DNA of 64,000 bases from Candidatus Competibacteraceae bacterium (GTDB lineage: Bacteria; Pseudomonadota; Gammaproteobacteria; Competibacterales; Competibacteraceae). The stretch is from the NCBI GenBank assembly GCA_027492875.1, contig JAPUDV010000078.1, forward strand, positions 665 through 64,664, given 5' to 3'. This document shows, in pieces, positions 59,486 to 64,000 of this stretch (position 1 is its first letter; each line of letters begins with the position of its first letter). The notes below the pieces were generated by a model. It was not told the origin of the DNA. It saw only the letters and a list, made by a program, of their open reading frames with translations, and ran no database searches. The translations under genes were made by a program, and so were the position numbers.

Positions 59486-59603
59486 ACTGCTTATCCTCGC
59501 GGTTTTTTACGCTAGACCATGGCAGAGCATAGCTGGCAGTAGCTGATGCCTCTGGAAAATACCAGCAGGCGGTTTTTGCAACCACCCGCCGGTTTGGCCC
59601 GGT

Positions 59604-60890
59604 TTAGCTCGCCGTCGCCGGTGCGGGCGACTGATCCGCCGGTCCCTGAAGTTGTTGCGCCGACCCACCGGCGGGCAGCATCGCGCCCTGTTTTTCCTGC
59701 GGTTTGCCGACCAGCAGCCGCAAGCCGGCGTGGAAACATTGGCCGGCGTAGGTGAGTTCGTGCAGGGATTGCAGCAGTTCGCCCAACTCCTGATAGGCGT
59801 CCGGCGTCGGCATCAGCCGGATGCTGCGCTCCAGGTAGTCGCGGGCCTTGCCGTTCTGCTGGCAGCGCTTGGCCAGCCGACCCAGCGTCAGCAGCAAATA
59901 CGGGTCGTCGCCGTGCCTGGTCAGCCAGCCCTCGGCGGCGGCCAGTTGCGCGGTGGCGTTACCGCGCCCCAGCATCCCGTAACCGACCACCAGCTTTGCG
60001 CTCCAGCGCCGGTCGATGGCCTCGCGTAGCAGTGCCTCGGCATCGTCGATCGCCTCGCAATCGCACAGGGCGATGGCGTAATCGACCAGAAATGCCTCGT
60101 CTTCCTCGCGCAGTGTCACCGGCGCCTGTTTCCACAGCGCCCGCAGCCGGTCCAGCGAACCACTGGCGGCGGCGCTTTCCAGCAGCGCTCGATAGGTCTG
60201 GCTCTGCAACTCGGCGAACAATTCGACGCCCAACGCCTTTTGTTTCTGCACCTCCGGCAGCAGTTTTTGTAACGGTTCCCAGGCATGCAGTTGCTGGTAG
60301 GCTTTGGCCAGCCATTGCAGTACGCCCGGATGGCGCGGGTTGAGGTTGTGCAGCGACTCCAGAATGACGCGGGCCTGTTCGGCGTCCCCGTCGTCCAGCA
60401 GGAACTCCGCGCGGGTCAGTTGCACCGTCAGTTTGTCGGCGTCCGGCGAATCCTCGGCTTGGCGCAGGTGCAGATCGCGGCGCCACTTGAGGTCGTTGAG
60501 ATGGTGGGTGGCGCGCGCCGCGCCCAGGTAGTGCAGGGCGGGGGTTTCGCTGTGCGCCGCGCCTTTCAGCAGGGTTTTCTCGGCCGTTAGCCACTGGCCG
60601 GCCGCCAGTTGCCGGTTGCCGAGGTCCAGCAAGCGCCGCGCCTTCTTATTCAGCCGGCGCTGGTTGGCCTGCAAGGTTTGGCCCGGCGTTTGCCATAGCC
60701 GAATCGCCAGCCGCACCAGCAGATAAAACACGAAGAAGGAGATCGCCAGGAAAATGACGAAGAAGGTAAGGCTGGTTTCGACGGTCCACTGGCCCATGCT
60801 GAACATGGCATAGCCGGGGTCCTGCCGGAGCGACAGCGCCATCCAGACCGAGGCGAACAAAGTGACGATAACGCCGATCAGCAGCTTCAT
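59604..60890 (-). CDS. hemY: Heme biosynthesis-associated TPR membrane protein HemY
   Basis: QDPGYAMFSMGQWTVETSL HemY N-terminus; TPRs; LLLTLGRLA; ATGA overlap with hemX. Confidence 0.9.
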   Translation of the reverse strand: MKLLIGVIVTLFASVWMALSLRQDPGYAMFSMGQWTVETSLTFFVIFLAISFFVFYLLVRLAIRLWQTPGQTLQANQRRLNKKARRLLDLGNRQLAAGQWLTAEKTLLKGAAHSETPALHYLGAARATHHLNDLKWRRDLHLRQAEDSPDADKLTVQLTRAEFLLDDGDAEQARVILESLHNLNPRHPGVLQWLAKAYQQLHAWEPLQKLLPEVQKQKALGVELFAELQSQTYRALLESAAASGSLDRLRALWKQAPVTLREEDEAFLVDYAIALCDCEAIDDAEALLREAIDRRWSAKLVVGYGMLGRGNATAQLAAAEGWLTRHGDDPYLLLTLGRLAKRCQQNGKARDYLERSIRLMPTPDAYQELGELLQSLHELTYAGQCFHAGLRLLVGKPQEKQGAMLPAGGSAQQLQGPADQSPAPATAS

Positions 60891-62335
60891 GGTTGTTCCC
60901 TCCCAGCCGCTGGCCGTTCGGTCGGGGTTTCCGCCGCCGGCACGACCGTCGAGGCCGCCGGAGCCTGTCGCACGGCGCGAATTGGTTGCCGTTGGGTCAT
61001 GAAGTCGTTGAAGGCCTGGTTCAGGCTGGTCAAGTCCGGAATGTAGGGATTGAACTGCACCGCCTGCAGGGCTTGCAACGCGGCGAGGAACGCGGCGACC
61101 CGTGCATCCTGGGTATCGAAATACTTTTCGACCCAGTCGCGAATTTGTTGGCTGGAATCCTGAAAGGCTTGCGCGTCGCCGCCAAGCAGCGCCATGCGCA
61201 TGCTTTCCAGTTCCAGTCGCAGGTTCTGGCGCAGGAAGTACTCCGCTTCGCGGGCGATCAGCGGTGGTGCTTCGTTGCGCTCGCGCCGGATCACCACGAT
61301 GCCCTTGAACTGGTTCCAAACGGCTTCGGTGGCACGGTCCCACCAGGGACGGTCAGCGTCGTCGCTCACCGTGGCGCCGGCGGCCGGCTTGACCCGGTTC
61401 TTGATGTCGGGTACGCCCGAGTCGATCTTCAGCGGCAGTGCATCGACTTCCTTTTCCAGCTCCAGAATCTTGTGCGCCAGGGCGGAGAAATCGGGCAGCT
61501 TGACGCCGCGCAGGCTGGCGATGGCCTCGCCGAGCATGGTCCGCAGCGGGGACAGCCCGCTTTCATTGACCGCTTTAAGTCGCTGCTGGGCGGCTTCCAG
61601 CGCCAGTCGGGCAGCGGGGACGTTGCGTTCCAGCTTGAGCTTGGCATCGGCCAGCCGCAGCAGGTAGTTCGCCTCCGCCAGCGGGAAGGCATTGACGTCG
61701 CCACCTTGCGAGGCCACGGTCTTGACCGTTTCCAGGTTTTCCGACAAGCCGTTATGGCTGAGTTGCAGGTTCTGGAGGTGCTCGCTCAGCTTGCCCAAAC
61801 GGGTTTCCTGCTCCCGCAGCGCGGTGTCGAGCTGCTCTTTCTGCTGCTGGACGGTGGCTTTGTGGGAGTCCTGGCCTTCCCGCAGCAGATTGATTTCACC
61901 CTTGACGATGTCGACCTCGCCCTTGCTCAGTTCCGCGGCATTTTTCAGCGGTTGCAGATCGCCAGCCAAACCCAGCAGTTGCTCCTTGAGCGCCTGATTA
62001 TCGGCGCGTAACTGATCGAGCCCACTCTTGAGCGCTTGCAGTTGCTGGATCTGGCTCTTCAACGCCTGAAACTCGGGGTCGCGTTGGGCGATGGCCTGTT
62101 TGATCGCCTGGTCCAGCCGGGTGGTCTGAGCGGCCTGATTTTGCTGCCACAGGTACCAGAGATAGCCGCTGCCGCCGCCGGCGCCCAGCGCGGTCAGCAG
62201 GGCGAACGCTGCCAGCCCGCGGCCGCTCTTGGGCGCGGGTGGGGTCGTTTTAGCGGGCCGCGGGGTGGTTGGGGTTTCGGGCGCGGCGGCGACCGCGGCT
62301 TTGGTGGTTTCGGGGTCGGTTGCTTTGTCTGTCAT
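60887..62335 (-). CDS. hemX: HemX family membrane protein
   Basis: TM then coiled coil; LAEANYLLRLADAKLKLERNV, YFLRQNLRLELE, WVEKYFD. Confidence 0.9.
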   Translation of the reverse strand: MTDKATDPETTKAAVAAAPETPTTPRPAKTTPPAPKSGRGLAAFALLTALGAGGGSGYLWYLWQQNQAAQTTRLDQAIKQAIAQRDPEFQALKSQIQQLQALKSGLDQLRADNQALKEQLLGLAGDLQPLKNAAELSKGEVDIVKGEINLLREGQDSHKATVQQQKEQLDTALREQETRLGKLSEHLQNLQLSHNGLSENLETVKTVASQGGDVNAFPLAEANYLLRLADAKLKLERNVPAARLALEAAQQRLKAVNESGLSPLRTMLGEAIASLRGVKLPDFSALAHKILELEKEVDALPLKIDSGVPDIKNRVKPAAGATVSDDADRPWWDRATEAVWNQFKGIVVIRRERNEAPPLIAREAEYFLRQNLRLELESMRMALLGGDAQAFQDSSQQIRDWVEKYFDTQDARVAAFLAALQALQAVQFNPYIPDLTSLNQAFNDFMTQRQPIRAVRQAPAASTVVPAAETPTERPAAGREQP

Positions 62336-62342
62336 GTCATAT

Positions 62343-63140
62343 TTACCGAGCGGGTGAGAGGGAATGCGTTGCCAGGTCGAGCAACGCGGCGGCGATGGCG
62401 TCGTCGGTGGCGTCCCGGGCGGGCAAGAGACGGCGGCAGCCGTATTCCGCGGCGATTCGCCGGATGCGGTCGCTGGCCACGATCAAAGGGGTATCACATA
62501 AATAATCTTGCCCGGCTACGTCAAGCATATCAAACAGATTCCGCAGATTTTCACCGCTGGTAACCGTCACGGCACCGATTTCACCGCGCTTCCAGCGTGC
62601 CAGCAGTGTCCCGATGTCGCCGGCTGCCGGCCGCTCGCGCCGATAGACCTCGGCGCGGTCCACCCGCGCGCCACGGGCGGCCAGAGTTTCAACCAGCAGT
62701 TCCCGGCCGCCTTCGCCGCAGACGATGGCGATGCGCTGGCCGGCCACTTCCCGCAGGCGCGGCAACGCCAGCAATCCCTCGCTGCTGAAATCGTCCCTGG
62801 GTTGCAAGCAGCGGGCGATGCCGTGACGGGCCAGCGCCCGGCCGCTGGCCCGGCCGACGGCGGCGATGTCCAGTCGATCGGGGATATCGCCGCGCTCGCG
62901 GATTGCCGGCAACGCCCGCTCCACGGCGTTGGCGCTGGTGAAAATCGCCAGATCGTACTCGGCCAAGCGGTCGAACAGGGCCAGGGCCGGCGCGGGGTCG
63001 CGCGGTCCGGCGATGATCAGCGCCGGCCAGCGGATGGCGATGCCGCCATGGTCTTCGATCAGCCGGCACAGCGTATCGGCTTGGTGTTTCGGCCGAGTGA
63101 CCAGTACGCCGAGGCCGTTCAAGGTCGAGGTAACATCCAT
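62343..63140 (-). CDS. hemD: Uroporphyrinogen-III synthase
   Basis: VLVTRP, IFTSANAV, AAVGRASG, SSEGLLAL, GEGGRELL, AEVYRR, VTSGE. Confidence 0.93.
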   Translation of the reverse strand: MDVTSTLNGLGVLVTRPKHQADTLCRLIEDHGGIAIRWPALIIAGPRDPAPALALFDRLAEYDLAIFTSANAVERALPAIRERGDIPDRLDIAAVGRASGRALARHGIARCLQPRDDFSSEGLLALPRLREVAGQRIAIVCGEGGRELLVETLAARGARVDRAEVYRRERPAAGDIGTLLARWKRGEIGAVTVTSGENLRNLFDMLDVAGQDYLCDTPLIVASDRIRRIAAEYGCRRLLPARDATDDAIAAALLDLATHSLSPAR

Positions 63141-63144
63141 GGAT

Positions 63145-64000
63145 CTATAGTAGTCGCCGCAGGATCGCGCCGGCGCCGCGCCCGAGCAGATCCTCGGCCA
63201 GCGCCGTGCCGAGCGCGCTGGCATCGGTGGCCGGACCCCGAATCTCGCCGGCCACGATCCGGCTACCGTCGGGTTCGCCGACCAGACCGCGCAGCCAGAT
63301 CCGATCTTGTTCCAGCAGGGCGTGACCGGCGATTGGCACCTGGCAGCCACCTTGCAGACGGGCGTTAAAGGCCCGTTCCGCCGCGATCCGGGTATGGGTG
63401 GTGGCGTCGTCGAGTGGGGCGATCAACGCCTGAGTTCGGACGTCGTCCAGCCGGCATTCCACCCCGATCGCCCCCTGGCCGATGGCCGGCAGGCTGAATT
63501 CCGGCGCCAGGGCGACGGTGATGCGCTCTTCCAATCCCAGCCGTTTCAGGCCGGCGGCGGCCAGGATGATGGCGTCGAACTCGCCCGCGTCCAGCTTCGC
63601 CAGCCGGCTGTTGACGTTGCCGCGCAGGCCGCGAATCCGCCAGCCGGGATGGCGAGCCGCCAACTGGCATTGCCGGCGCAGGCTGGAGGTGCCGATCCGA
63701 GCGTCGGTCGGCAGGGCGTCGGGGTGGGGATAAGCGTTGGAAACGAAGGCATCGCGCGGGTCCTCGCGCGCCAGAATCACGGCGAGCCCCAAGCCGGCGG
63801 GAAAATCCACCGGCACATCTTTCATGGAATGGACGGCGAGATCGGCGCGACCGTCCAGCAGACCCTGCTCCAGTTCCTTGACGAACAGGCCCTTGCCGCC
63901 GATCTTGGCCAGCGGGCTGTCGAGAATTTGGTCGCCACGGGTGACCATGCCGATCAGTTCGACCTGCAGGCCGGGATGCAGCTGGCGCAGGCGCGCGGCG
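63145..64000 (-). CDS. hemC: Hydroxymethylbilane synthase (5' end outside the window)
   Basis: [59 protein letters not shown]. Confidence 0.97.
   Translation of the reverse strand, partial: AARLRQLHPGLQVELIGMVTRGDQILDSPLAKIGGKGLFVKELEQGLLDGRADLAVHSMKDVPVDFPAGLGLAVILAREDPRDAFVSNAYPHPDALPTDARIGTSSLRRQCQLAARHPGWRIRGLRGNVNSRLAKLDAGEFDAIILAAAGLKRLGLEERITVALAPEFSLPAIGQGAIGVECRLDDVRTQALIAPLDDATTHTRIAAERAFNARLQGGCQVPIAGHALLEQDRIWLRGLVGEPDGSRIVAGEIRGPATDASALGTALAEDLLGRGAGAILRRLL

Noticed and set aside
59604-63350. Long upstream extensions of hemY (to 61343) and hemD (to 63350) in the ORF track
   Set aside because: They overlap hemX and hemC; homology begins at ATG 60890 and ATG 63140

Overview
GC-rich gammaproteobacterial chromosomal segment; gene content is compatible with Competibacteraceae, which is inference only. 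Left to right: (1) enoyl-CoA hydratase and malic enzyme. (2) A ~12.5 kb envelope signalling locus (3.2-15.7 kb): SHOCT-pseudokinase-TM-FGE protein, MlaE-like permease, MlaF-like ATPase lacking its catalytic motifs, MlaD/MCE protein, TPR lipoprotein, intact Hanks kinase-TM-FGE protein and a CsgG-like/7xPEGA/POTRA-like secreted protein, with a divergent PP2C phosphatase and a small membrane protein. This is the best candidate for an undescribed system; it parallels the TagQRST-PpkA-PppA pathway but uses an MCE-type ABC module and has no T6SS genes in the window. (3) DUF465, entericidin-like peptide, pgi, ppc. (4) An unknown lipoprotein and a TerY-P triad (yegL/yegK/yegI-like) plus TetR. (5) Aldo/keto reductase, alcohol dehydrogenase, a recC without recB/recD neighbours, dciA. 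(6) A respiratory nitrate reductase region: mobB, narGHJI, fused narK1K2 plus a separate narK2, narXL, HPP protein and mobA, with FNR and NarL sites and a dispersed hairpin/G-quadruplex repeat. (7) Pat acetyltransferase, AcsA and an ACP. (8) Several decayed genes, a candidate ~60 nt sRNA, pdxH, a B12 radical SAM enzyme and an IS5-family remnant. (9) hemC(partial)-hemD-hemX-hemY. No rRNA, tRNA or CRISPR array was found. All family calls come from motif recognition by eye; no database searches were run.
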